From NCBI RefSeq assembly GCF_006345805.1, contig NC_043001.1, positions 132,928,001 to 132,992,000 of the forward strand: a stretch of DNA of 64,000 nt, in the 5' to 3' direction. A program made the translations under genes and the position numbers. Positions 38,669 through 50,690 of this stretch are shown in pieces (position 1 is the stretch's first letter; every line of letters starts with the position of its first letter). The stretch comes from Octopus sinensis (lineage: Eukaryota). A model generated the notes under the pieces. The model made no database searches, was not told the origin of the DNA, and saw only the letters and a program-made list of their open reading frames with translations.

Positions 38669-39047
38669 AGTGGCTGTGTGGTAAGTAGCTTGTTTACCAA
38701 CCACATGGTTCCAGGTTCAGTCCCACTACGTGGCACCTTGGGCAAGTAACTTCTACTATAGCCTCAGGCCGACCAAAGCCTTGTGAGTGGATTTGGAAGA
38801 CGGAAACTGAAAGAAGCCTGTCGTATATATGTATGCGTGTGTGTGTTTGTGTGTCTGTGTTTGTCCCCCTAGCATTGCTTGACAACCGATGCTGGTGTGT
38901 TTATGTCCCCGTTACTTAGCGGTTCAGAAAAAGAGACCGATAGAAAAAGTACTGGGCTTACAAAAGAATAAGTCCCGAGGTCGAGTTCTCGATTAAAGGC
39001 GGTGCTCCAGCATGGCCGCAGTCAAATGACTGAAACAAGTAAAAGAG
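38669..39047 (+). mobile_element. SINE family A
   Basis: Full copy by similarity to the other copies. Confidence 0.85.
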
Positions 39048-40302
39048 TATAGAAAAGTCACGGATAGTCTACGCTCCATAGGGAGCTGAGACCTTCAAAA
39101 GCCATCACACCCACACTAGCATGAGAAATGGACACAAAACAACTGCTAAAAATGAATTACTGTTGGTGTGAATTAACCCAGTTGACTTACTGAACCTTCT
39201 CCCTCTGCTGTTTCTAGCTCTTTCTTGTGACACTTAGTTTTCTTGTATAACAACCCAACTCTAACTCGGGTGAGGGGTCTTTTTCTTGTGAGTTACTTGG
39301 TGAGCTCTTTACTGCTGGTGTCACAAGAAAAAGCACCCAGTACACTCTGTAAAGTAGATGGGGCATCCAGCTATAGAAACCATGCCAAAACAGCTTGGCA
39401 CAATGCTCTGGCTCACCAGCTCCTCTCAAACCATCCAACCATGTTAGCATCATCATCATCATCATCATCATCGTTTAACGTCTGTTCTCCATGCTAGCAT
39501 GGGTTGGACAGTTCGACCGGGGATCTGGGAAGCCAGGAGGCTGCACCAGGCTCCGGTCTTATCTGGCAATGTTTCTACAGCTGGATGCCCTTCCTAACGC
39601 CAACCACTCCGTGAGTGTAGTGGATGCTTTTTACGTGCCACCTGCACTGGAGCCAGGCGAGGCTGGCATCGGCCACGGTCGGATTGGTGCATTTTACGTG
39701 CCACCTGCACGGAAGCCAGTCGAGGCGGCACTATGAAAAAGAAATTGTTAAATAATGCTGCTACTGATGATGATGATGATGAGGAGGAGGAGGAGGAGGA
39801 GGATATACCAAAAAATTAACATTTCAAAATTTGCTACAATGGTAAATGTAAATTGAATTGTCACACTCATCAATTGTAAAATTTTCCGTGCAAGGACAAC
39901 AAACTAAACAAATCTGTAACTCATCAATCATATCACCTTTGTCCAGAGAAAAAAACAAAAAATAAAAACTTCCAGTCTTTCTTTCAGAATTCTATAAAGA
40001 CTCTAACCTTCAGATATGGCTTTAAACAATGCACAAGGTCATATATATCAGAGCTTAAATTTCACTATTCATGATGCATGTTAATTCACCATGAACACAT
40101 TAATGTATTATATATATATATTGATCTTACTCATTAATTTAATCACAAATCTTAATGGAAAACTTTTGTTATATCCCTGGTGGCATTGCCAGATAAGACT
40201 GGAGCCTGGTGCAGCCTTCTGGCTTCCCAGATCCCCGGTCGAACCGTCCAACCCATGCTAGCATGGAGAACGGACGTTAAACGATGATGATGATGATGAT
40301 GA

Positions 40303-40351
<49 letters not shown>

Positions 40352-40558
40352 TACACACACACGTATATATAATATAGTCCTGGTATATTGTATCTGTATA
40401 GTTTTCTCTGGAAGTATTGATTGACAATTCTCTTCTTCAGATAATAACTGATATTATTAATTCTGCTTTCAACATTAATCTTCCAATTGATCCATTTCAA
40501 ACTACAGCCAGCCTTTCTATACAGAATATATACTGTAACATGTACATAAATAAGATAA

Positions 40559-40732
40559 ATAGGCGCAGGAGTGGCTGTGTGGTAAGTAGCTTGCTAACCA
40601 ACCACATGGTTCCGGGTTCAGTCCCACTGCGTGGCATCTTGGACAAGTGTCTTCTACTATAGCCTCGGGCCGACCAAAGCCTTGTGAGTGGATTTGGTAG
40701 ACGGAAACTGAAAGAAGCCTGTCGTATATATG

Positions 40733-40767
<35 letters not shown>

Positions 40768-40970
40768 GTTTGTCCCCCAAACATTGCTTGACAACCGATG
40801 CTGGTGTGTTTACGTCCCCGTCACTTAGCGGTTCGGCAAAAGAGACCGATAGAATAAGTACTGGGCTTACAAAGAATAAGTGCCGGGGTCGATTTGCTCG
40901 ACTAAAAGCGGTGCTCCAGCATGGCCGCAGTCAAATGACTGAAACAAGTAAAAGAGTAAAGAGTAAGAGT
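40559..40970 (+). mobile_element. SINE family A
   Basis: Full, little-diverged copy. Confidence 0.88.
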
Positions 40971-41469
40971 AAATAAATCAATCTATGCAAATATTTTTCA
41001 TAAGAATATATTTCGCTTCCCTTCTCTCACTCTCTCCATCCTAATGCACTTTTCTCACTTGCTACCCAGAACCATCTCACTTGTTAGCCATTCTTCACCT
41101 ATTAATATTGTTCACCACATCCACGTGTTACAGTGTCCATTCCCCGCCATCCTCCAGAGTAATGCTTTTTCCATTTGTCTGTTGAGGCCATGAGAAATGT
41201 TTCTATGTTGTGAGTGAACTTGATGAATGGAAGCTGAAGCAAGTCCATTATATATATATATATCAGTGACGTATGATGGTTGTGGTATTGGGTGTTCTTC
41301 CACACCCAATGCCACCAGGGATATAACAAAAGTTTTCCATTAAGATTTGTGATTAAATTAATGAGTAAGATCAATATTTATAATGAATTTGCCATTTTTG
41401 GATGAGTGTGCAGTACACACCTAGCACACCTGGAATATACACCCCTGAAATATATATATATATAATATA

Positions 41470-41539
41470 TATATATATACGATGGGCTTCTTTCAGTTTC
41501 TATTTACCAAATCCACTCACAAGGCTTTATATATATATA

Positions 41540-41589
<50 letters not shown>

Positions 41590-41755
41590 TACGATGGGCT
41601 TCTTTCAGTTTCTATCTACCAAATCCACTCACAAGGCTTTGGTCGGCCCGAGGCTATAGTAAAAGACACTTGCCCAAGGTGCTATGCAGTGGGACTGAAC
41701 CTGGAACCATGTGGTTCGTAAGCAAGCTACTTACCACACAGTCACTCCTACACCT
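41470..41755 (-). mobile_element. SINE family A, partial, with internal duplication
   Basis: 5' half only; segment tacgatgggcttctttcagtttcta..caaggcttt occurs twice. Confidence 0.8.
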
Positions 41756-42029
41756 ATGTATATATATATATTAACTGAAACTATCCATACACACACACAT
41801 ACTTCCATGTTAGAAAACAATGGAGCCTAATAACTTATCTCTCTTCATGCACTACACCAGTTTATCTTTGTACTCCATTCCTGCAACTACCTGAACAGGG
41901 CATCTCTCTTCTCTCCCTCTGTCAGAGGTATCATCATTACTATACCCTACTGCTAGCATCCCTGTAGCCTCTCCCAACTTCTGCAACCCTCTCCCTCAAC
42001 CCTTCCCCAATTTTGACAGATGTAACCTA

Positions 42030-42257
42030 TTTCTTTATTACCCACAAGGGGCTAAACACAGAGGGGACAAACAAGGACAGACATAGGTATTAAGTCGATT
42101 ACATCGACCCCAGTGCGTAACTGGTACTTAATTTATCGACCCCGAAAGGATGAAAGGCAAAGTCGACCTCGGCGGAATTTGAACTCACAACGTAACGCAG
42201 ACGAAATACCGCTAAGCATTTCGCCCGGCGTGCAAACGTTTCTGCCAGCTCGGCACC
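42030..42257 (-). mobile_element. SINE family B with 17-bp target-site duplication
   Basis: TTGACAGATGTAACCTA at 42013-42029 and 42258-42274 flanks a full copy. Confidence 0.9.
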
Positions 42258-42974
42258 TTGACAGATGTAACCTAACACCCTCTCCTACTTCCCCTATCTC
42301 TTACCCCATACACTCTTACAAAACCCCTACTCACCCCACCCACTACTGGTCATGCTCCTGCTACTTGAGGTGCCACCTGAACACTCCATCGCTGCTGCTT
42401 ATCTCCTTGGAGATACCTCTAATTCATTCTCACTCTGTCCCCTAAATGTGTGTAGTTATGTACTTCTCTACAACTATAACCTGCTCTATCCAAACAGTCT
42501 TCCCTCATAACCTTAACCCCCAACTAATACATGGTAACAGCACTCACCCTCCCTGGGTTTCTTGACTTGGGAGCTATATGGTGACCTCAATAGTACCAGT
42601 GGCAGGAAGACAAGCACCTAATACACACTGTAAAGTGGTTGGCATTAGGACAAGCACCCAGCCATAGAAACCATGCCAATGTAGACACTGGAGCACAATG
42701 TAGTCCTTTGAATCATCAGATCCTTGTCATACAGTTCAACCCATGCCAGCATGGAACAAAGATATTAAATGATGATGATGGTGGTGGTGATGGTGATGGT
42801 GGTGGTGGTGGTGGTGGTGGTGGTGGTGGTGGTTAATCCACTTTTTACTTTGAGTGAAAGTTTTAGGTTTATTTGTTTGCTCAGAAGGAGCCAAAAGAAA
42901 TGGATCAAGTAGGGCAGTAGGTAGGTTTATTTGTTCAAGAAAAAGCTTTAAAAATGCTTTTAGTAGATGGAAGC

Positions 42975-43190
42975 TTAATAATAATAATTATAATGATATT
43001 ATTGTATACAGTGCTCAGGTGCACCACAACTTGTCAGAAAGTGCATATAAAGTACATGCAGTAATGTACAAATGTCTGGAAAGCGAACAATGTATGAGTC
43101 AGATACATGCTTGTGTGTGTATAGGGGGGAGAAAATCAGGTGTAGTGTTGGCGAATCTCAGAAAGCATGGAAGTTTTGAAGGATGCAGTA
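42975..43190 (-). mobile_element. CR1 LINE 3'UTR fragment
   Basis: Matches the 3' ends of 25499 and 28622. Confidence 0.82.
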
Positions 43191-43217
43191 CTCCAATGAA
43201 GCCTGTCATATGTATGA

Positions 43218-43248
<31 letters not shown>

Positions 43249-43734
43249 TGTGTGTGTGTGTGTATATATGTTTGTGTTTCTCTGAAAATCCCTGAGCAAC
43301 AAGCAGTGATGTTGTTTCCATTTCCCTTGTCAACAAATCACCCCGTAGCTTTGCACATTTAAAGATATGTGGAATAATACATACATTATTTGAAAAACCA
43401 GTTAGGGGTTTGCAGTAGGAAGGGTATCAAGTTATAAAACAATGCCTCAACAATATATCTGTCTAACCCATACTAGCATGGAAAAACAGAAGTAAAACTA
43501 AACATGCAAAAAGCTTTAGAATTATTTACATAAAGGGAGCATAAGGTAGTAAAATGGCAGAATCATTGGCATGTCAGAAAAATGCTTAGCAAAATTTCTT
43601 CTGGCTTTTTACGTTCTGAGTTCAAAGTCAGCAATGGTCAACTTTGCCTTTCAGAGTTGATAAAATACATACCATTATAGCACTAGAGTTGTTGTAACTG
43701 ACTTATACCCTCTTCTTAAAATTGCTGGCATTAC

Positions 43735-44376
43735 TCTTTTACTTGTTTCAGTCATTTGTCTGTGGCCATGCTGGAGCACCACCTTTAGTCGAGCAAATCG
43801 ACCCCAGGACTTATTCTTTGTAAGCCTAGTACTTATTCTATCGGTCTCTTTTGCCGAACCGCTAAGTTACGGGGACGTAAACACACCAGCATCGGTTGTC
43901 AAGCGATGTTGTGGGGGACAAACACAGACACACAAACATATACATGCATACATACATACATACATATATATATATATACATATATATGACGGGGTTCTTT
44001 CAGTTTCCGTCTATCAAATCCACTCACAAGGCTTTAGTCGACCCAGGCAGAACCGGCGAGCTGGCAGAAACGTTAGCACGCCGGGCGAAATGCGTAGCTG
44101 TATTTCGTCTGTCGTTACGTTCCAAGTTCAAATTCCACCGAGGTCGACTTTGCCTTTCATCCTTTCGGGGTCGATAAATTAAGTACCAGTTATGCACTGG
44201 GGTCAATGTAATCGACTTAATCCCTTTGTCTGTCCTTGTTTGTCCCCTCTGTGTTTAGCCCCTTGTGGGTAGTAAAGAAATATATAATAGAAGACACTTA
44301 CCCAAGGTGTCACGCAGTGGGACTGAACCCGGAACCATGTGGTTTGTAAGTAAGCTACTTACCACACAGCCACTCC
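43735..44376 (-). mobile_element. SINE family A interrupted by family B
   Basis: Two halves at 43735-44047 and 44282-44376. Confidence 0.82.
44052..44281 (+). mobile_element. SINE family B nested inside a family A SINE
   Basis: Interrupts the family A copy at 43735-44376 within its ggtcggcccgaggctatagtagaagac segment. Confidence 0.85.
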
Positions 44377-45346
44377 CAAACCAGATTTCATATTTAGTTG
44401 ACAAGAAATTTATCCTTTCATGTAAACAAGAACCTTGTTACACCCATGCCAACCTCCTTTGCTTGCGAAGACATGTTGGGGCAAGTGAAATCGGAATCGA
44501 AATTGAACCAATCCTATGACTGGCACCCGGCAGATGCCAGGACCCCTGGACTGGTGGTACGTAAAAAGCACTATCCGAATCATGGCCGATGCCAGCGCCG
44601 CCTCGACTGGCTTCCATGCCGGTGGCACGTAAAATGCACCAATCCGACCGTGGCCGTTGCCAGCCTCACCTGGCACCTGTGCGGGTGGCACGTAAAAAGC
44701 ACCCACTACACTCACGGAGTGGTTGGCGTTAGGAAGGGCATCCAACTGTAGAAACATTGCCAGATAAGACTGGAGCATGGTGCAGCCTTCTGGCTTCCTA
44801 GATCCCCGGTCGAACCGTCCAACCCATGCTAGCATGGAGAACGGACGTTAAACGATGATGATGATGATGAACATAATACCAAACATTAAATTTCTAAAAA
44901 AACACAGAAGTGTCTTCGTGGTTAAGGAGTTTACTTCCCAAACAACATGGTTTGGTATTCAGTTCCACTGCATGACACCTTGAGCAAGCATTTGAATTCA
45001 GAAAGTAAAGCCAGAAAAAATACCACTAAGCATTTTCTCCAGTATACTAACAATTCTACTGGCTCACTGCAATAATAATAATGATGACAATGGTCCTTTC
45101 TTGAATAGGTATAAGGCCAGAAATTTTAGGAAAGAGGGTTAGTTGATTACATCAATTGCAGTGCTCAATTGGTACTTATTTTATCAACTCCAAAAGGGTG
45201 AAGGGAAGACTCAACTTCAGTGGAATTTGAACACAGAATGTGGCCAGCACACCACCTTCATCATCATCGTTTAGCGTCCGTTTTCCATGCTAGCATGGGT
45301 TGGACAGTTCAACTGGGGTAATAATAATAATAATAATAATAATAAC

Positions 45347-45389
<43 letters not shown>

Positions 45390-45405
45390 TAATAATAACA
45401 ATAAC

Positions 45406-45443
<38 letters not shown>

Positions 45444-45451
45444 TAATAATA

Positions 45452-45722
45452 AACCCCAAAATGGCAGAAATTCAAAAGATAGTGCTCATGGGAACTGCTC
45501 ATATCCTACGCAAAATACTCTCTATGTAATCCCAAGGTTTAAAACAAACTTTTTTTTTTTAAGTATTAGACATTCACTAGTACAACACCAAAAAAAAATA
45601 TATATATATATATGGCACACTAGGCATAACAACAATGTGAACTTCCAACCTGTTGTCTCTTGAGGTCTCTGGGTGAGACTTGGAGCCAACTTGTACAGAC
45701 ATAAAGCAAAAGTCAAACATAG
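45452..45722 (+). mobile_element. 5'-truncated R4/Dong-like non-LTR element in an (AAT)n microsatellite
   Basis: PKMAEIQKIVLMGTAHILRKILSM* resembles the R4-clade C-terminus (IQKAVLLGTAHILRKVL). (AAT)n lies on both sides. Confidence 0.65.
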
Positions 45723-45749
45723 AATAATAATAATAATGATTATATATAA

Positions 45750-46256
45750 CTGATTGGAAGTGTTATCATGTACATTGTTTCATCTTGGTAAAAATAGATG
45801 GGCTACAGCAAATATTCTGCTCAATACCACAGATTTGCTTGTCAGTTGTTTGACCATAACCAGTTGAGCATGTCCCTTAGTGGCTGATGATATGTGCATC
45901 TCTGATCACGAGCAGAAGTAGTGGGGGAGCATCATAGCCATGTGTTGAGAGGGATTCTTTGGGGTTTGAATAATTCACCTCTGGAAACATGGATGTTTCG
46001 TTCAAAATCCTTAAACAACCCTTATCAAGGACCTTTTGAGCGGGACGGGCAACTTGACCAGAAGAAAATTCTAACTGGGCCCCACCTGCAAGGTCATGCA
46101 CTGTTTATCTTGATATGAGATTACCATGTCACGCACAACTGGTTGTGATGCATGTGCCTGGTGTACCCTTATCAGACAGGTAGTCTTGATGAGTATACTG
46201 GGCTTTGTATATTTTACCCCAGTGTCACTTTGATGGCACGCACTGCTCTCTCACTC

Positions 46257-46290
<34 letters not shown>
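45750..46290 (+). mobile_element. Unclassified retroelement 3' region ending in (AAT)n
   Basis: GC-richer block ending gcactgctctctcactc(aat)n; family not identifiable by eye. Confidence 0.4.
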
Positions 46291-46293
<3 letters not shown>

Positions 46294-47697
46294 GCTCTGG
46301 TGGTAGTACCAAGCAGTGGCTTTCATGTCTTCTGATTGTAACTTACTGACAGTGTCTTAGCAAAATAACTATTATATTTCCCTTCCCATACATCATTAAC
46401 ACTTCTCTCTCCATCTTTTTCTCTTGCACTTTGCCTTTCCCTTCAACTAATCATGACAACGTAACGCATTTCAGCTCTAGCATATTAATATATAGATGAT
46501 GATAATGATTTCAAATTTTTGCACAAAACCAGAGTTGTTGGGAAGAGATTAGTTGTTTACCTGAACTCCAGTACTTGATCAGTGCTTTATTTTGTTGACC
46601 CCAAAAGGATGAAAGACAAAAGTGACCCCAACAGAATTTTAAACTCAAAATGTAATCATCATTATCATCGTTTAACGTCCGTTTTCCGCGCTAGCACGGG
46701 TTGGACGGTTTGACCAGGGTCTGGGAAGCCAGGGGCTGCACCAGGCTCCAGTCTGATCTGGCAGAGATTCTACAGCTGGATGCCCTTCCTAACGCCAATC
46801 ACTCCACGAGTGTAGTGGGTGCTTTTTACGTGCCACCTGCACAGGTGCCAGGGGGGTCCGGCATCGGCCACGATCGGTTGGAGCTTTTAACGTGCCTACC
46901 ACTAAAATGATTTTTTTTTCATTAGTTTTAGTTATTTTATTGCAGTCCATATTCTGAAACATTTGGAATTCACAATTAAAACAAAGCAAAGGAAAAATTC
47001 TTAAACTATCCCTTCCATTGTACCTTTCACAATTAAAGAAAATAAAATCAAACATCATTAGTTGAGGCATGAAAAATGAAATTAGAATCCTGCAAGAAAT
47101 ATCTATAAAACGATCATTTCAGGTATTTAAAAAGTAAAAAACAATATTTTTAACCCTCTCAGACCTGGGCCCCTGTATATAACTTTACCCTCCACCTGGG
47201 CTCCTGAGCAAAACAATAAATTGTTGAATGTACAGCTCAAGAATAACGATTGCAGGCAAACTGATGGACAGAATCGATTTTTTAAAATTCAGGAGAAAAA
47301 AATGAGGAAAATAAAACAAAGACAAAAAAGGAACAATGAAAGGTGGGGTGTTAATAATTTTTGTTTTTTGCTTAAATTGTAAACTCTAAGTGTTTGAGAA
47401 AATGGAATAGAAGAAAATGACGGAATATAGCGAAAATGAAAAAAACATGAATATTTTAGTGGTGGTTGCTGTAGGGTTGGGGGGGGGGGGGCGAGGTGGA
47501 GGAGAACAAGCTTAAAATACCTGGATTAAAATTTTTTCTCCCCCTCTAAAAATTAACATTTACATGTTTCAGAATGAAGAATATAAATAACAAGCAAGTG
47601 AAAAGAAAATTTTAATGGTGAAACCTGTCGTGAAAGTATGAGGGGGGTGTGGCAGGCGACATTTAAAAAATTATAGATGTTTTTGTTTTGTTTTGTT

Positions 47698-48113
47698 TAC
47701 TCTTTTACTCTTTTACTTGTTTCAGTCATTTGACTGCGGCCATGCTGGAGCACCGTCTTTAATCGAGCAAATCGAACCCGGGACTTATTCTTTTGTAAGC
47801 CCAGTACTTATTCTATCGGTCTCTTTTGCCGAACCGCTAAGTAACGGGGACGTAAACACACACCAGCATCGGTTGTCAAGCAATGCTAGGGGGACAAACA
47901 CAGACACACAAACAGACACACATACATATATATATATATACATATATACGACAGGCTTCTTTCAGTTTCCGTCTACCAAATCCACTCACAAGGCATTGGT
48001 CGGCCCGGGGCTATAGCAGAAGACACTTGCCCAAGGTGCCACGCAGTAGGATTGAACCCAGAACCATGTGGTTGGTTAGCAAACTACTTACCACACAGCC
48101 ACTCCTGTGCCTA
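47698..48113 (-). mobile_element. SINE family A
   Basis: Reverse-complement full copy. Confidence 0.88.
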
Positions 48114-48393
48114 TATTTGTTTTGTTTAGTTTTTTTTTTTTTTTCACAAGTGTTTGGTGCAAAAAAATTGAAAGTTCTGGATGAAAACGGGAGAAAACCC
48201 AAATTATTTTGGTAGGCTATTCTGAAACTCCGCCAATTAGACCCCTTTTTTATCGACCTATAAAGTATGAGAGGCAATGTCGATCCCGGTGACATTTGAA
48301 CTCGGGACATAAAGAGCCAAACGAACTGCTGCTAAGCATTTTGACCAATGCGCTAACAATTCTGCCTGGCCACATTATAGGAAAAATAAAAGT

Positions 48394-48785
48394 TTGCTAA
48401 CCAACCACATGGTTCCGGGTTCAGTCCCACTGCGTGGCATCTTGGGCAAGTGTCTTCTGCTATAGCCCCGGGCCGACCAATGCCTTGTGAGTGGATTTGG
48501 TAGACGGAAACTGAAAGAAGCCTGTCGTATATATGTATATATATATATATATATATGTGTGTATGTATGTGTGTGTATGTGTTTGTGTGTCTGTGTTTGT
48601 CCCCCTAGCATTGCTTGACAACCGATGCTGGTGTGTTTACGTCCCCGTAACTTAGCGGTTCGGCAAAACAGACCGATAGAATAAGTACTGGGCTTACAAA
48701 GAATAAGTCCCGGGGTCGATTTGCTCGACTAAAGGCGGTGCTCCAGCATGGCCGCAGTCAAATGACTGAAACAAGTAAAAGAGTA
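48394..48785 (+). mobile_element. SINE family A (A-box end missing)
   Basis: Starts at ttgctaaccaaccacatgg; otherwise intact. Confidence 0.87.
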
Positions 48786-49251
48786 TGTTTCCAATTTTGG
48801 TATAAGACCAGCAATTTTGAAGAGAAGGAAATGGTCGATTACACCGACCCCACTGCAAGAATGATACTTCATTTTATCGACCTCGGAGGAATGAAAGGTA
48901 AAGCTGACCTCCGCAGGATTTGAACTCAGAGCGTCAAGAGCCGTAATTATAGTAATTATTTCGAATATAGCCACAAGGCTAGGACTTAAGAGCAAGGTTA
49001 GTCCATCACATCGACCCAGATCTTGACTGGTACTTTATTTATCGACCCCGGAAGGTCAATTTTATCTTAATCTTTTAATTTTCAGTTTCAACTGAAAACT
49101 TTATATAACTTATATTTTAATTGTTTTATTTATTAGTTATAATTCTGTGAATAAAACTGTTGTAAAAAAAAAAATTAACAGCCGGAAAATTAGGGAGATC
49201 AAGTAATTTTTGTGTGTGTTTAAGTAACAAAAACAAAATATGCACTGAATG

Positions 49252-49265
49252 GTTGCCATAGAAAC
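49252..49265. promoter_or_regulatory. RFX-binding X-box
   Basis: GTTGCCATAGAAAC fits the X-box consensus RTHNYY-WT-RRNRAC at every position. It lies between the divergent KIF17-like (ciliary) and PSMD2 genes. Confidence 0.6.
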
Positions 49266-49690
49266 TACTTAAACATACCTCAATAAATTATTTTTTCTAA
49301 GATGATATGTATATTCAGGTATGTGACAAATAAATGAATGTCCTTTTCCTTTAATTAATTGTGGTTTTCAGTGAAAATTCTAATCCATTTCATTGGGAAA
49401 ATTCACCTTTGGTATAATTTAGAAGTTTATCTTCGGCGGGTCCTAACATAACTAGTCTTATCGGCTGCATAATTTTGAAGCATCCTGGGTAATAAATATT
49501 ATACGTTTCATTTTTTTAAATAATTATTTTCAAATGCTTATAAAAATCATTTTATATATTTTCAAACAATTAAAAGAAACTATTTCAACTTATGAGTTAA
49601 AATAATTTTTTTGTAAGTGAAAACAAATTAACGTTCGTCATTTGCAGAGTTTGTAATTTACGAAATCTCGTTTAAACGTTAGTAAGCAAC

Positions 49691-49774
49691 ATGGCGGATA
49701 AGAAGAAAAACGATGCCGATTCCAAGGAAAAAAGTGATACCAAGGTTCCTCCGAAGGACGAAGAACAAGATCTT
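49691..49774 (+). CDS. PSMD2: 26S proteasome non-ATPase regulatory subunit 2 (Rpn1), coding exon 1
   Basis: gcaacATGG start context; MADKKKNDADSKEKSDTKVPPKDEEQDL followed by |GTGAGT donor, phase 0. Joins in frame to SEEDKQLQ, as in PSMD2 (..EQEL-SEEDKQLQ..). Confidence 0.88.
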
Positions 49775-50655
49775 GTGAGTTTTTAAGTAACATATTCGAC
49801 TACTCATGTTTTAATCATTTTTTGAAATGTTTTCGATCATCTACGACTGATTTCGAGCCGGTTGTTGCCGGTCACATTTCTGCTATGTCATGTTTCTTGC
49901 CTTCCTGTGTGTGTGTGAGAGTATTTTCTCTTACTTCTCTGCATTCATCGGATTTATATCATCATTGCATCTGTGATTTAAATCCTCTTAGCTTTAGATT
50001 GTTCTCGTTTACAAACAAATATTTGTAGACTACCTCTTTTTTTTATTATTATTCAAATATTACCTTTTTGTTATATATAAATTCACCATGTCGAAGACTT
50101 GGTTCTTGGATTTTGTCTGCGGTTCATTCGTAGCAAGGAATAACGGTTCTTTATTATCCACATCACCTTCCTTTAAAGACGTAGGTTTGTTTAAAAAACA
50201 TTATTTTCTGCAACTAAATGAAAACATTGCGAATGAAAGAGATTAACCGTCTCAACAGATTCAAAATCAAAATATTCTCTATTCCATTTGAAGAATCTGT
50301 TCCATCACAGAATCCTGAGATTGCAAAACTTGGAATCTTCAATTGCATTGTTGAATAAAGAAATGATAGAATTTCATACATCTTTGTATGTATGGGATAT
50401 ATATATATATATATATATATACAAGATAAGAAAATGGAGAAATACATCTAAATCAAATATCAATTACCAGATAATACTCAATCACATACTTTATTAAACC
50501 AAATCATTTTACCATTGCCCATATAATACAGTAAATGAATTAATTGCATCGCAATCCTTAACATTTATGTATTAACTTTGTTGGGTACTTCACTAGCAGT
50601 ATATTGGATATACGTTATCCCATAGAGGGTTGCATTTACAACCCCTATCTCAATT

Positions 50656-50690
<35 letters not shown>

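Noticed and set aside
49311-49325. Plus-strand donor CAG|GTATGT suggesting a PSMD2 5'UTR exon
   Set aside because: It would overlap the better-motivated minus-strand candidate, and nothing in the sequence requires an upstream PSMD2 exon; undecidable without transcript data.
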